A DNA stretch of 64,000 bases from an uncultured Spirochaetota bacterium (GCA_963835575.1 CAWIGG010000005.1:160001-224000); one strand, 5' to 3'; numbered from the stretch's first letter, positions 8,762 to 20,889 are shown. Notes: a model not told the origin generated them from the letters alone. Numbers and translations are program-made.

Positions 8762-10670
8762 TTATTTAATCCTTAAGTTAATTTGATCGTTTTTGACATC
8801 ATAATCCACATAAACATTTTTATAACCGTCGGGCGTAATATTGATCGATTCCGATTTTGTCTTTTCACCTTTCTTAATAGTTAAAGTATAGTGTCTGGAA
8901 GCAAGCAGATATTTCTGGCCGCTCTGTGTTGTCGTATTAATTTTAACATACTTTTTATCTTCCCCGCCGGTGTAACAATAGGCATGGTCGTCCAGAAACA
9001 CTTCCAGCCCGTCATAATTTGACTTGATAAAGAGCGTTCCCGCTTTCGGGACAAGATACACATTGATTTTCACTACCGTTTCATAATGACCCACCGGTAT
9101 TGTGATTTTTTTAGGGAGATACCCTTTTTTTTCAAATTTAAAGTAATACTTCTTGCTGTTGACAAGCATGTTTTTCAACCTGCTTTTGAAAATCGCCCAC
9201 TTGATCCATCCGTAATTACCAAACACGGAAATATTCACATCATCCAGCTGGGTTTCAACGTCCCTGTCATAAATATTGAACCGGATGTCCATGGGCAGCA
9301 AGGGAGGCGCGGAACGGCTGATTTCTATTTCATCAGCCTTTGACGGGAATTTATAAGATTCCTGTACGGCGACAGGCTCTACAAATATTTCCCTGTAATA
9401 CTTTTCATTTTCGGCTGTCAAATCGAACCTGTATTCCCTGGACGGCAGATAAATTTCATCCGACCTGTATACATTAATATTACCTTTGGTCTTAACAGCA
9501 TTATTCAGGCGGCAGATGACTTTCGCGTATTCGGAATAATTATCATTTTTATTTTTATAAGACAGAGTCCCTGTCATATAATCTTTATCGCCGGTCATAT
9601 AAGCCTTATCCGCTTTTACAGTGATCCTTATTTTTCCATAGCTGTCTCTTGCAAAAAGGTCATAATAGAGGCCTTTATAATAAAGTAAATTGAATGCTCC
9701 GGCCAGAATTAATAAGCTGAAAGCTGTTTTTAAAACAAAAGTCCCGATATTAAAATACTTAACTTTCGGGAGGCTTTTAACTTTCTGAGTATATTCGTCG
9801 CCGAAAACATAATTCCTGATGGCGTCGTTAATTTTCTGCTGTGTTTTGAATTTTCTGAGATACGGCCCCAATTTCGCTATGACAACGCCCAGATCGTTAT
9901 AGCGGTTTTTCGCCCTGTGATGCATCATCTTCCTGATGATGGACTGGACCCTCGACGGGACATGCGGATTGATCTTGCGGGGCTTTTTATACTTGCCCTT
10001 CTCTATAAGCGATATTGTTTTGGCGGCCATATCGGACGAAAAAGGCAGCTTGCCTGTCGTCATGAAAATAGAACAAAACCCCCATTGAAAAAATATCCGC
10101 CCTTTTATCCACATTCTTGCTGTCCGCGATCTGCTCAGGCGCCATGTAGGAAGGGGTACCAAGGGTCGTGCCTTTCTGGGTCAAACCCGTTTCCGTATCA
10201 TCCTCGGATTTAGCGATGCCAAAGTCGGTCAGTTTGACTTCCCCTTCTTTTGAGATGAGTATATTCGCCGGCTTGATATCCCTGTGGATAACGCCCTTGT
10301 CATGAGCGTATTTCAAACCCTTGCATACCTCTAATAAAATGAGTACCGCGGCCTCGTTTGACAGATGCCTTTTCAATTGAATAAGCTTGTCCAGGCTTAT
10401 TCCGTCGATATATTCCAGGACTATATAATATGATCCGCCCTCCCTGAAATGATCATAAACCTGCACTATATTCTCGCTTCTGAAGTTGAACATAATTTTG
10501 GCTTCTCTTTTAAACCTTTCAACAACCCCTTCTATTCCCTTGAGATTGAGCTGTTTGAGGATTATAAAGCTTTCCAGCGTGGGGTGTTTTGCTTTATAGA
10601 CAGTTCCCATTCCGCCCGAAGCGATTTTTTCTATGACAAGATATTTACCAACTTTTTCCATCATGTCCAT
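8762..10670 (-). CDS. Hanks-type Ser/Thr kinase + TM + extracytoplasmic PEGA-like region; one frameshift near 10065-10068
   Basis: GGMGTVY, HRDIKPAN, TDFGIA, GTPSYMAPEQ. Removing one base from the A4 run joins ...GVLFYF to MTTGKLPF. May be a pseudogene or a sequencing error. Confidence 0.8.
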
Positions 10671-11707
10671 TATCCTTGAATAATTTCTTTTGTCCTGTTC
10701 TGAAGCTCAAAAATATCATGGTCCAGTATTATATCCCTTTCCGCGCTGATCTGCGCAATGATAAACTTAGAGGGATTATGGATTTGAATATACTTTCCGT
10801 CAGCGCGCTTATTATAATAGTCTTTTACCGGCCTGTGCCCTCCGAAATAATAAGCGGCGCTCATCCCTTCGTTTCCCAGGTAATACTCAAGCATTTTTAA
10901 TACGCTGTCGTGTTCGGCCTGGTTATTGTCGGTCCATGTCAATCCCTCTATTATATCCGGATTTCTCCGGTAATTGACGATCTCATTTTTTGAAAAGAAC
11001 CTTTTCGGCTCAGCATGAGAGATCAGAAAATTCTTTCCGACAGCGAACAGCGGCAGCTGTTTCTCAAAAATATAATAGCTCCTCAGGAATTCTTCGCTGA
11101 AAAATTTTGCCACATAAGAGGCGACCATAGGCCCTTCAAGCGCAAATTTCCTGAAAGGGTAATTCCCCTCCCCCTGTTCATTGGAAATGTTTTCATGATT
11201 ACCCTTTAAAAAATGAAAATTCTCGGGAAACGCGCTTTTTGTCTCCATAACCATTTCCATCAGACCCATGCTCTCTTTCATCTCTTTATCCATGTGCGAG
11301 TGGCGGCTGTAACCATCCAGGTATTCATAATGTGCTTCTTTCCATCTTTCCATTTCCCTGCTCTCGGCATGGAAACCGTCGCCCACACAGACTATCTGCA
11401 GTTCATCCCCTGCAAGCTTTTGTATGCTGGTAATACCCTCGCCGTCTTTATAGAACAGTACATTCAGAAAAAAGTCCATTCTCGCATGCAGATCCGGCAT
11501 TATTATGGTAGGAATATACTTTTTTAAATTCAGCAGGCCTCCGGGCATTCCGTCGGAATCCCGGGGCCTGATGTTTCTATCCTCATCCAGCAGCGCTTTG
11601 CTTGCTTCAGTTATAACCGGTAAAAATTCCCCTTCATCCGGCGGCTTTTTACGGTTATAAATTTTAATAAACCTCTGTTTAATTGAATTTAAATTCATTT
11701 TCAGCAA
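10670..11707 (-). CDS. calcineurin-like metallophosphoesterase (PPP-like)
   Basis: PDLHA, VGDGFH, KGNHE, SHA, GGH motifs; stop overlaps the kinase start. Confidence 0.85.
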   Translation of the reverse strand: MLKMNLNSIKQRFIKIYNRKKPPDEGEFLPVITEASKALLDEDRNIRPRDSDGMPGGLLNLKKYIPTIIMPDLHARMDFFLNVLFYKDGEGITSIQKLAGDELQIVCVGDGFHAESREMERWKEAHYEYLDGYSRHSHMDKEMKESMGLMEMVMETKSAFPENFHFLKGNHENISNEQGEGNYPFRKFALEGPMVASYVAKFFSEEFLRSYYIFEKQLPLFAVGKNFLISHAEPKRFFSKNEIVNYRRNPDIIEGLTWTDNNQAEHDSVLKMLEYYLGNEGMSAAYYFGGHRPVKDYYNKRADGKYIQIHNPSKFIIAQISAERDIILDHDIFELQNRTKEIIQG

Positions 11708-11777
11708 ACAATCCTTCTTAGATTTTATGAAAGAGAATGACAGACAAAGAAGCGCGGCTTTAAAGCAAATTCACGCG

Positions 11778-12308
11778 TTATTCATTAATATAGGTTTTAT
11801 TGACTTCAACAAATTGATCCGTCAATATCATGGTGACTTCTTCCAGCTTTTCGCCTTCTTCTTCCGGAGTAAGGTTTTCAGAAGTCACGGCAATCTTGAA
11901 TATCGGTGAAGTCTGCTGTACCGGCCCGTTTGTTAAAACAGCCCGCTGTCCATTGGCCATGTCTTGAGAGAGCTGCGCGTCGTCTTTTGACAGTAAATGA
12001 GGGACATCCTGACGCAGGTCGATGCTCGCATAGCTGACCTTTCTATTATTATCTACAAGAGGCCCGATTGATACGAGCGATCCGGAATAAGTCATGGCTA
12101 TGGCTCCCCTGGCATCATCCTTGCTGAGGACCTCTACTTCTTCCATCTTCTGGGTTTCGAGCTCGTCCAGAAATTTCTTTTCCTTTTCAAGCCATGCTTC
12201 AGCGATCTTTTCCGTAGATTCCTCGGTGTCCGGCAGACCTGAGGTTCTTGTAATACCTTTGATATGATCCTGGATCTTTTCAGGGATCTGACTTAAAAAT
12301 TCTCCCAT
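11778..12308 (-). CDS. acidic hypothetical protein
   Basis: 176-aa ORF with AGGAGG RBS, heading the kinase operon. Confidence 0.75.
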   Translation of the reverse strand: MGEFLSQIPEKIQDHIKGITRTSGLPDTEESTEKIAEAWLEKEKKFLDELETQKMEEVEVLSKDDARGAIAMTYSGSLVSIGPLVDNNRKVSYASIDLRQDVPHLLSKDDAQLSQDMANGQRAVLTNGPVQQTSPIFKIAVTSENLTPEEEGEKLEEVTMILTDQFVEVNKTYINE

Positions 12309-12458
12309 ATTTTTTATCCTCCTAATAAATTTTTGATTAAATAAAATATAACATTACCCTATTGATAAAGCAAGAATATTTCCATTTAGCAGCTTTAAAA
12401 ATAACATAAACTGAGCAATTCTTTTTACAAAAGCTTAATAACAGCCCCTCACCATTTA

Positions 12459-12486
12459 GTAGAGACGCACGGCCATGCGTCTCTAC
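12459..12486. repeat. GTAG-type REP hairpin
   Basis: GTAGAGACGCA-CGGCCA-TGCGTCTCTAC. Confidence 0.6.
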
Positions 12487-12494
12487 TAAAAAAA

Positions 12495-14470
12495 TCATAA
12501 TTCAATATGATCTTTAGGTTCGCTGAAATAAAATCCCTGCGAATAATCGATCCCCAGCTCAAGGCATTTTTCATAAACTTCTTTCGAATGAACAAACTCC
12601 GCTATTGTCAGCAGACCGAGCTCCCTGGCCGCATTAACAATCATTTTTGCAATGATATATGAGTTGTAGTCTTTGTCCAGATTCTTAATTATGGAAGCGT
12701 CTATTTTTATATAATCCACATTTAACTTAATGATATACTCAAAATTGGAATAGCCCGAGCCGAAATCATCAATGGCGACCTTGCACCCCATGGCCTTTAT
12801 ATCCTTGATAAAATCAGTCATAATATCATAGTTAACGACGCCTTCCGATTCAATGATCTCAAAAACGACATGGGAAGCTATATCTTTATTATTAGTTATC
12901 ATATATTTAATCAGATGATTGGTTTCCTGATTGAGAATATCCTTGACTGACAGATTAATTGAAAATTCATAATCCGTGTTTTTGAATGTTTCAAAGGATT
13001 TTTTAAGGACTGTGCTTGTTATCTGGCTGTACAGCCTGATCTTTTGCGATATATCCAGAAAGTTATATGGGCCGATTATTTTTCCGTCCGTGTCTATCAT
13101 TCTGACAAGACATTCATATTTCTCAATTTTTCCGCTTTTATTATTAATGATCGGCTGAAAAAATACCGTGATCATGTTATTATTAAGGGCTATTTTTAAT
13201 TTGTCCGCCCAGAAAATGTTCTTTTCATATTCCCTGCTGATCTCCATTGTGTCGCTATAAACGAGAAACGCTTTTTTCGATCTCTTTGCCTCTTTCAAAA
13301 CCATATCAGCGTTATTTACAACTTTATTTTTTGGTATTTCCTTTATTTTACTGTCCTGGATACTGCTGTAATCGGCGACGCCGATTGTAACGCGTACATT
13401 TATATCATGATCCTTATATTTAAAAGTATTGTCATTAATCTGTTCAAACAGATATTGCGCCAGATATCCGGCAGTTTTATTCTTTACATCGGTCGAATCC
13501 TCCTGAAAATCCATCAATATCGCGTATTCGTCGCCCTGCATTTTATACAGGTTATATTCCTGTCCGACAGACAGCTTTTTCAGACGGGCCGCCATTTCCA
13601 GCAGGACAAAATCCCCCACTTCATTCCCGTAAAAATCATTGATCTCCTTAAAAGAATCAATATTAATCAGGAGGACAAAAGGGTTTTTTATATTTTCAAT
13701 ATCCATCATCAGTTTTTTGCGGTTCGGCAGATCTGTCAGCGTATCCATGCAGAACTGCCTGGCAAGGGATTCTTTCAGATCGACAAACTTATTAAGTAAT
13801 AAATTTATCATTGTTAAAATCAATATAAGATATGAATATTCGACCATATAAACGAATTTATATATTTGATTGGCCACCATATAATCATTAAACGCGGCGG
13901 CAAAAAAAAGAAATAAAGCGATTATAATCGGCCCGAGATATTTATTACGCGTCATGATATAATTTTTAATCAGAAGGTAAAACATATAAATGAAATTAAT
14001 AAACTGGACAACCATTCCAATGGTGAAAATAATCCCCGGATTGGCTTCATAGTATAAAATTTCATAATTAAAGATTTTCAGGTATTTTATTGCCGGATTA
14101 TTGAGCGACAATGTCAGGTCGTTCTGAAGAAAAAGACCGAGAAAAAAAAGGCAATATAAAATATGGATAAAAATATATATATTGTTTTTGAAATATTTTT
14201 TACTAAAAAAAATATGAACCATATCACGGATATGCCGATCAAATAGGAAAATGATAACTGGAGCCTTTGCCAGAACATACCTTCCGTAATCGAATGAGAG
14301 CTGGAAAGACCGCATGAAAATACGGCGTATAAACCGACAGTTAATGACAGAAAAGCAAACGCCAGATTCACTTTTTCTTTTGTCTGCCGCAAAAAAAGCG
14401 CAAGATGATACAAACAGACACAGAAACAAATGACAGCTATGATTAATGGGGGTAATGACGTTAAAGCCAT
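12495..14470 (-). CDS. 7TM sensor + degenerate GGDEF + EAL phosphodiesterase; frameshift near 14142-14149
   Basis: QGDEY, ECLVRM, EIIE, IDDFGSGYSNF, IKIDAS, AEFV, SQGF. The hydrophobic N-terminal ORF 14114-14470 joins at an A8 run. Confidence 0.8.
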
Positions 14471-14776
14471 AAAATCCTTTTACTTGAAAATGAATATATT
14501 ATAAACATTGTTTCAATAAAAAGTCAACGGCGATTTTGTTATGGATATATGAAAATTAAAAGACTGCGGGAGGAAAGATCTGGCAATGATATCCGCCCGA
14601 TAAAACAGCTTATTAAATTGTATAAAAAACAAGGTTTATCCGATTTGACACCCCCTTAATATTTTTAATAAAATCCTTTATTATGAAACCCTCAATTTCC
14701 CAATATTCAATATTTCTTTTTTTTTCAAAACTTCCATAGACATTTATTTTAAATCATTGTAGAATAAACCATATTA

Positions 14777-14898
14777 AAATTGAGTGATTTATTTTTTATT
14801 TATCTATAGCATATTTAATGGCAGATTTCCACTCCGCGCGAAGCTCGGGGTGGAAATCTGCCTATTATTAAGCTTTTGATAAAGTAATCACTCAGTTT
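14777..14898. repeat. MITE-like element (AAATTGAGTGATT TIR, internal hairpin)
   Basis: TIRs at 14777-14789 / 14886-14898; GGCAGATTTCCAC..GTGGAAATCTGCC; homologous copy at 38186-38329. Confidence 0.6.
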
Positions 14899-14938
14899 AG
14901 GATTTATTTGAACCAATTCAGATTTTCAGGATGGAATA

Positions 14939-16120
14939 ATGAATACAGTAATTTCCAGTTTTATGAAATCTCCAGTTGTTACTGTACAGCCTGATATCAA
15001 ACTAATCGATGTTGTCAAGCTGATGCGCTTAAAATCCGTTGGTTCAGTCCTTATCACACAAGAAAATAAACTGATCGGTATTTTTACTGATAAAGATGTC
15101 ATTAAACACTTAAGCCGGCCTGAGAATAAAAACCTCATTAAACCCATTATTCATTTCATGACCCCAAATCCTGTCAGCATACAAGCTCTAGATACTACCG
15201 GCTTAGCCTATAATCTTATGAAACAGCATAATATCAGGCATTTGCCTGTTTTTGAAGGCGATACCCTGACCGGGATTATATCCATGCGGGACTTGATTGA
15301 TCAAATACAACAACCAAATAAGGCTGATGCAGATCATACAGTAAAAACCGAGGCCGTCTTAACTCAAAAGGCCAGGGAACTCACAGGTTTTCAAATACGA
15401 AACATCTCATTTCTGGCTCATTTATATATGCATGATGCTGTTGATGACGAAATTGTAGAAAACCTCCGCGAATCCGAACTGGAATATTTTGCCCTCATTG
15501 AAAAATGCCGTTATCTGGAACAGCGTGTGAATATTGATGAAAAAACCGGGCTCCTTAAATACAAAAGCGATTACCTGCTCGCTATTCTGAAAACAGCCAC
15601 CCGGGTATTATCCGGGTTCATTGAAATATATCCTATCGGTTTTATCCGTTTTGATATTGATGATTTCTCTGTTTTCAATAACCGGTATGGTCATGATGTC
15701 GGCGACAAGGTCCTTGTTCAGTTTTCACAGTTATTAAAAGATAATTCACGCCCAACAGATTATATCATCCGTTTTGGAGGCGAGGAATTTGATATCATCC
15801 TGCCGAACACAAAAAAAGAAGGCATGATCGGTTTGCTTGAAAAACTCTATCTTGCCATGGAAAATCTTAAAATCACTATAGACGGCAATCCCATCCGTAT
15901 TACCGTCAGTGCCGGCGCCACAAACCTGGTTTACAGCCTTAAGAACCGTATTATTGATGATAGTTCCATTCAGACTATGTTTGAGAAGCTTCAGAATGAG
16001 GCCGACAATGCGCTGTATGATTCAAAATGCAGCGGGAAGAACAGATTCAGTCTCTATGATGCCGATAAAAACAGTCTTTATCCCGAAATCCGCGCGCGGT
16101 ACGCATCGTCCAAAAAATAA
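14939..16120 (+). CDS. CBS-pair + GGDEF diguanylate cyclase
   Basis: Two CBS repeats; DIDDFS..NNRYGHDVGD, RPTD I-site, GGEEF. Confidence 0.88.
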   Translation: MNTVISSFMKSPVVTVQPDIKLIDVVKLMRLKSVGSVLITQENKLIGIFTDKDVIKHLSRPENKNLIKPIIHFMTPNPVSIQALDTTGLAYNLMKQHNIRHLPVFEGDTLTGIISMRDLIDQIQQPNKADADHTVKTEAVLTQKARELTGFQIRNISFLAHLYMHDAVDDEIVENLRESELEYFALIEKCRYLEQRVNIDEKTGLLKYKSDYLLAILKTATRVLSGFIEIYPIGFIRFDIDDFSVFNNRYGHDVGDKVLVQFSQLLKDNSRPTDYIIRFGGEEFDIILPNTKKEGMIGLLEKLYLAMENLKITIDGNPIRITVSAGATNLVYSLKNRIIDDSSIQTMFEKLQNEADNALYDSKCSGKNRFSLYDADKNSLYPEIRARYASSKK

Positions 16121-16218
16121 ATGGAATAAAATCTTTCTTGATATTCGAATAAACTCCTTACTTTCTGCGTGTAGAATCAGTTGGAATATAAAATCAGATA
16201 AATAAAATAACCTGATGA

Positions 16219-16516
16219 AGGGTAGTTCTAAATCTTGTGGTGGTGGTGGGTTTACAGACTGTGTGAAAAGACAAAATTTCACCACGAAGACCACGAAGAA
16301 AATAAATGGGTTAGTTAAAATTTGTTATTGATTGTTCATTATTTAACGGTAATAAAGAAAATAAACAATAATTAAACAAGAAAGTTAATCAATTATTAAA
16401 AAAACTTCGTGTTTTTCGTGAACACTTCGATAAACTCAGTGCAGGCTTCGTGGTTAATAAAAAAAGTTTTCACACAATCTTTTATCGCACCAACATTCAG
16501 GTTTTTGGGACTGCTT
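16219..16516. repeat. nested MITE/REP-like repeats
   Basis: TIR AGACTGTGTGAAAA (16256) / TTTTCACACAATCT (16467-16480); ACCACGAAG / CTTCGTG repeats; outer GGTAGTTCTAAA..TTTTTGGGACTGC. Confidence 0.5.
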
Positions 16517-16532
16517 TAAGTTATATCAAAGA

Positions 16533-16561
16533 AAAAGGGCTGTCCTTCCGGACAGCCCTTT
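16533..16561. terminator. bidirectional intrinsic terminator
   Basis: AAAAGGGCTGTCC-TTCC-GGACAGCCCTTT downstream of the helicase. Confidence 0.75.
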
Positions 16562-16583
16562 ATTATTTTTTAACCGGATTTCT

Positions 16584-17831
16584 TTAATATGATGCCCTGT
16601 TTTTATTATTCACTCTTCTGAAATATCCTATTGAATTTCCATTCCTATGGCCAGATGATTGAGGAATTGGACTACTTTGCTGAAGAGCAGGATTGCCTGC
16701 CGCGAACGGGTGGTCCTGAACAACCGCTATATTTCTCGAAATCAATCTGTTGATATCCCTCAGATACGTCTTTTCGTCAGAGTCGCAAAATGAAAGCGCA
16801 ATACCGCTCGAGCCAGCTCTCCCGGTGCGTCCGATCCGGTGCACATAGGTTTCGGGTATGTTCGGAAGTTCGTAATTGACAACATGAGAAAGAGACTCAA
16901 CATCAATTCCCCTGGCCGCGATGTCGGTCGCCACAAGCACTCTTATCTGCTTCATTTTAAAATTACGAAGGGCATTCTGCCTGGCTGCCTGGGATTTATT
17001 GCCATGGATCGCCTCCGCACGTATGCCGGCCTGAATAATTTCCCTGACGACTTTATCGGCCCCATGCTTGGTCCGGGTAAAGACAAGCGCCGATTCAATG
17101 CTTTTGTCTTTTAATAGATGAATGAGAAGAGATTTCTTATGCTGTTTCTCGACAAAATAAACAGACTGATTGATCGCGTCCACAGTGGGAGAAGCCGGGC
17201 TTATATCCACTCTTGAAGGATTGACCATCAAATTCCGCGCCAGCTTTGAAACTTCCTCCGGCATTGTTGCGGAAAAGAGCAGGGTCTGCTTCTTTGCGGG
17301 AAGTTTCGCGATGATCTTCCTGATATCCTGGATAAAGCCCATATCAAGCATACGGTCCGCTTCATCAAGCACAAAGAATTTTATATTCGCCAGATTGATA
17401 TGTCCCTGGTTCATCAGGTCCAGCAGCCTTCCTGGCGTCGCGATCAATATATCCACCCCGGCCCTTAAGGCGTTGACCTGGGAAAATTGTGAAACCCCGC
17501 CATAGACCGTTGTATGCCTGAGGCCTGTATATTTTCCATAAGCCGTAAAGCTTTCCCCGATCTGGACGGCAAGCTCCCTTGTCGGGCAGAGCAGAAGCGC
17601 CTGAATAGCTTTAGGTCTTTTTACGCCGCTTTGCTCCGTATAGAGCATCTGCAATATCGGTATGGCAAAAGCGGCTGTTTTACCAGTGCCTGTTTGAGCG
17701 CATCCGATCAAATCCTTTTTGTTCAGAATAACCGGAATGGCCTGTTCCTGGATTGGGGTCGGCTTTGTATAACCTTCGTTTTTCAAAGCCTTCGAAATTG
17801 GTTCGATCAATTTCAAGTTTTCAAATGACAT
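16584..17831 (-). CDS. rhlE: DEAD-box RNA helicase (RhlE-like)
   Basis: AQTGTGKT, PTRELA, DEAD, SAT, ARGID, HRIGRTGR. Confidence 0.9.
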   Translation of the reverse strand: MSFENLKLIEPISKALKNEGYTKPTPIQEQAIPVILNKKDLIGCAQTGTGKTAAFAIPILQMLYTEQSGVKRPKAIQALLLCPTRELAVQIGESFTAYGKYTGLRHTTVYGGVSQFSQVNALRAGVDILIATPGRLLDLMNQGHINLANIKFFVLDEADRMLDMGFIQDIRKIIAKLPAKKQTLLFSATMPEEVSKLARNLMVNPSRVDISPASPTVDAINQSVYFVEKQHKKSLLIHLLKDKSIESALVFTRTKHGADKVVREIIQAGIRAEAIHGNKSQAARQNALRNFKMKQIRVLVATDIAARGIDVESLSHVVNYELPNIPETYVHRIGRTGRAGSSGIALSFCDSDEKTYLRDINRLISRNIAVVQDHPFAAGNPALQQSSPIPQSSGHRNGNSIGYFRRVNNKNRASY

Positions 17832-18307
17832 TTTTTTTATCTCCTTTAAAAATGCGAGTCCAATGATTTTCTTTTCATTTTCATAATTACATAATTATAA
17901 AAAAACTATGGACAACAGTCAGTTCATAACATACCGTCTGATAATTGTGAGGTTTAATTCTCCCGAAATCAGGAACCGGAAGGGTTTGCTTTTACTGACA
18001 AGAAATCTGATAGAAAGATTTATCATCCAACTCTGCGGTATTATAACCGGTAATTTAATTACTGTCAAAGAAATGGCAAGTCGATCAAACTATTATTCCC
18101 GGCTTTACCGGTAAAATAATGATTATTTCTCATCACAACTTAAAATTCCGGGATACCGACGGGGCAAAAAATTTAACACCGTCAATAAAAATAGTTTTTT
18201 GATGCTGTATAAAATAATTAATTCTATATTGCTATAATATGGTCCATTCACTAAAATAGCTATGTGAAGTTTTTCAACGATTAATTTATATTTTCCGGGA
18301 GTCATAT

Positions 18308-19201
18308 ATGTATGATGATTTTTATTTTGAGGTGGAAAAAGAATTTTACCTGGAAGCGGTGGCTCATCTTCAAAAAATGTATATCGCGGACAAGAAGTTT
18401 ATCATAGACCCAAAATACCCGTTCCCGGCCAGAAGCTATAACTTCGAAGAGCTGGAGCGTCTGCAGAAAATATTATTCCCCCTGTACTGGAATAACAAGG
18501 ATTTCTGCACTTACAAGCAGAAGCTCTATGACGAACTGCTGGATTTCGCCAGCTATCTGTTTTACGCGATCCTCTCCTATGATGAACTGAGCGGCGACGC
18601 AATCAGCAGCGCTGTTAATGTAAGCATAAAAACCCTGCCTGTGCTGGGGAAAAAATTGAGAATGGATGTGGAGGCGGCCTATCTGGGCGACCCGGCCGCG
18701 ACAAAAAATTACAGCCAGATCATCCGGACATATCCCGGGTTCAAAGCGGTTATGATCCAGAGGTTCGCCCATATTCTCTATTTAAACGGCGCCGTATCCT
18801 ATGCCAGGGAACTGACAGAAACCGTCAATTTATTAACCGGTATCGACATTCATCCGGGAGCGAAAATCGGGGACTACTTTTTTATAGATCATGGAAACGG
18901 CGTTGTTATCAGCGAGACTGTCGAGATCGGCAAATGGGTCAGAATTTACCAGGGCGTCACGCTGGGAGCTCTCATTCTTGAAAAGGACAATAAAGGCAAA
19001 TTAAAAAGGGGATACAAGCGGCATCCCACTCTTAAGGACGACGTTGTCGTCAATAACGGCGCAAAGATATTGGGACCTGTCACCATCGGAAGCAATACGG
19101 AAATAGGCCCGAACTGCTGGATTGACAGGGATATTCCTAAAGATTCCAGGACCTATCTGGATAACAAGTTTATCCTGCAGTACAAAATAATCAAGCCTTA
19201 A
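18308..19201 (+). CDS. cysE: serine O-acetyltransferase (EpsC/CysE type)
   Basis: GDPAA, GIDIHPGAKIG, IDHG, YQGVTLG, KRHPT. Confidence 0.85.
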   Translation: MYDDFYFEVEKEFYLEAVAHLQKMYIADKKFIIDPKYPFPARSYNFEELERLQKILFPLYWNNKDFCTYKQKLYDELLDFASYLFYAILSYDELSGDAISSAVNVSIKTLPVLGKKLRMDVEAAYLGDPAATKNYSQIIRTYPGFKAVMIQRFAHILYLNGAVSYARELTETVNLLTGIDIHPGAKIGDYFFIDHGNGVVISETVEIGKWVRIYQGVTLGALILEKDNKGKLKRGYKRHPTLKDDVVVNNGAKILGPVTIGSNTEIGPNCWIDRDIPKDSRTYLDNKFILQYKIIKP

Positions 19202-19449
19202 AACCTTTAGGACAGTGCTTTTTTAAGTTGTAATACTAATTTCACATCTTTTTTTTTTAAAATTCAAATTTTTCTGAAAGAAAATCTTTATGCAATTTGT
19301 AGCTTTTATATTAAAAAAAAGCGATAATATTAGGGGTTGTTTTAATTGAAGCGAATAAAACAGCCGATTTATTATAAAAATATATTCATGGTTTAAAAAA
19401 GATTCAAATTCTTTTCTAATCCTTTGAGTAGGAAATAGGAGTATTACGT

Positions 19450-19734
19450 ATGTACCAGGACAAAAACTTGAAATGCCGCGATTGCGGAGCTGATTTTGTT
19501 TTCAGCGCTTCAGAACAGGAGTTCTATGCCCAGAAAGGCTTCCAGAATGAACCCGTCCGCTGTCCGGATTGCCGGAGAGCCAAAAAATCACAAAGCCAGG
19601 GCGGTTATGGAAGACAGGAAAGGCAGATGTATGATGTAACATGTTCTTCCTGCGGCCAGCCCGCACAGGTCCCGTTCAAACCCACGAACGACAAGCCTGT
19701 TTATTGCAGAGAGTGCTATTCTAAAAACCGCTAA
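19450..19734 (+). CDS. zinc-ribbon / CxxC-x17-CxxC domain protein
   Basis: CRDC..EQEFY..PVRCPDC; CSSC..VPFKP..PVYCREC. Confidence 0.9.
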   Translation: MYQDKNLKCRDCGADFVFSASEQEFYAQKGFQNEPVRCPDCRRAKKSQSQGGYGRQERQMYDVTCSSCGQPAQVPFKPTNDKPVYCRECYSKNR

Positions 19735-20168
19735 TTATTTTTAATAAAATAATACGACGTTTTTGAAAAACTATCCGCACGTGCCGCAGGCTTTTTTGCC
19801 AGCGGCTGTGCTGTGATAGTATTTTTTCTGCAATTTAAAGCAATATATTTGTTTCCCTCAATGTTTAATTTAATTGCCGCCGGAATGCGTTGAAGACAGT
19901 TTATTCGTGTTTATATTTTAAAGCATAAGCATTGTTTTTAAAGACCATCCCTGTCAATTATTTTTTTACAATGAAACTTAAAGAAAACAGAAAGTGATAT
20001 ATCAAAACCGATAGAAAACCCCTCGTAAATAAAATTCCATTCAATCTAAATCAAAAAGCTAAAAATATCTAATTCTTTTATCAGCAGCAAATTATATTTT
20101 TGTTTTTATACCTGGTACACTATTTGCTTATAATAACCATGAATTTTAATTTAACAGGAGATTCAATT

Positions 20169-20834
20169 ATGAAAGGCAAATGGTTTTTAGCCCTAATGCC
20201 AGTTTTACTTCTTCAGAGCTGTGTTCTGCTTCTTAAAGACAATATATCCGGTTCCGGCAGAGTTACCACCGAATCCCGGGCTGTCAGCGGAATAAACGGG
20301 ATGGAACTGAACGCTATAGGCGAAGCACAGGTCGTTGTCGGCAGCGCTGAAGCTTTAGTTGTCGAGGCTGAAGACAATCTTATGCAATATATTACAACTG
20401 AAGTCGTAAACGGCAGACTAAAATTAGATATCAGCCGGAATGTTACTATCAGCCCGACCAGACCGATCCGCTATACAATTATTGTAAAAGATATTAATGA
20501 CGCCGTAATTAACGGTTCCGGTGATATCAGTATTTCCGGTATCAGTGAAAACAGCATGAACTTGAACATAAACGGTTCGGGTTCTATTAATGCTTCAGGG
20601 GATTGTGTCTATCTCAATACTGATATAGCAGGGTCAGGTTCCATTAACGCTTCCGACCTGATGGCAAATATAGTGAATACCGATATCAGCGGATCAGGAA
20701 GCGCCACGGTGTGGGCATCAGACAACTTAAACGCCTTAATTTCCGGGAGCGGTAATATTAATTACTATGGAAATCCCAATGTTACCAAGAACATCACAGG
20801 TTCAGGATCGGTCCATTTTCTTGGATATAAATAA
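20169..20834 (+). CDS. DUF2807 (head GIN) beta-helix lipoprotein
   Basis: LQSC lipobox, repeated I[NS]GSGxI; AGGAG RBS before the ATG at 20169. Confidence 0.85.
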   Translation: MKGKWFLALMPVLLLQSCVLLLKDNISGSGRVTTESRAVSGINGMELNAIGEAQVVVGSAEALVVEAEDNLMQYITTEVVNGRLKLDISRNVTISPTRPIRYTIIVKDINDAVINGSGDISISGISENSMNLNINGSGSINASGDCVYLNTDIAGSGSINASDLMANIVNTDISGSGSATVWASDNLNALISGSGNINYYGNPNVTKNITGSGSVHFLGYK

Positions 20835-20858
20835 AACCTTAAACTCTCTCTCAACCTC

Positions 20859-20889
20859 AAAGCCCGGCGGCTTCATTCTGCCGGGCTTT
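20859..20889. terminator. intrinsic terminator between convergent genes
   Basis: AAAGCCCGGCGG..CTGCCGGGCTTT. Confidence 0.7.

Noticed and set aside
12495..14429. 644-aa ORF taken as annotated from 14429
   Set aside because: Its N-terminus is an off-frame reading; the real sensor N-terminus is the 14470 ORF.
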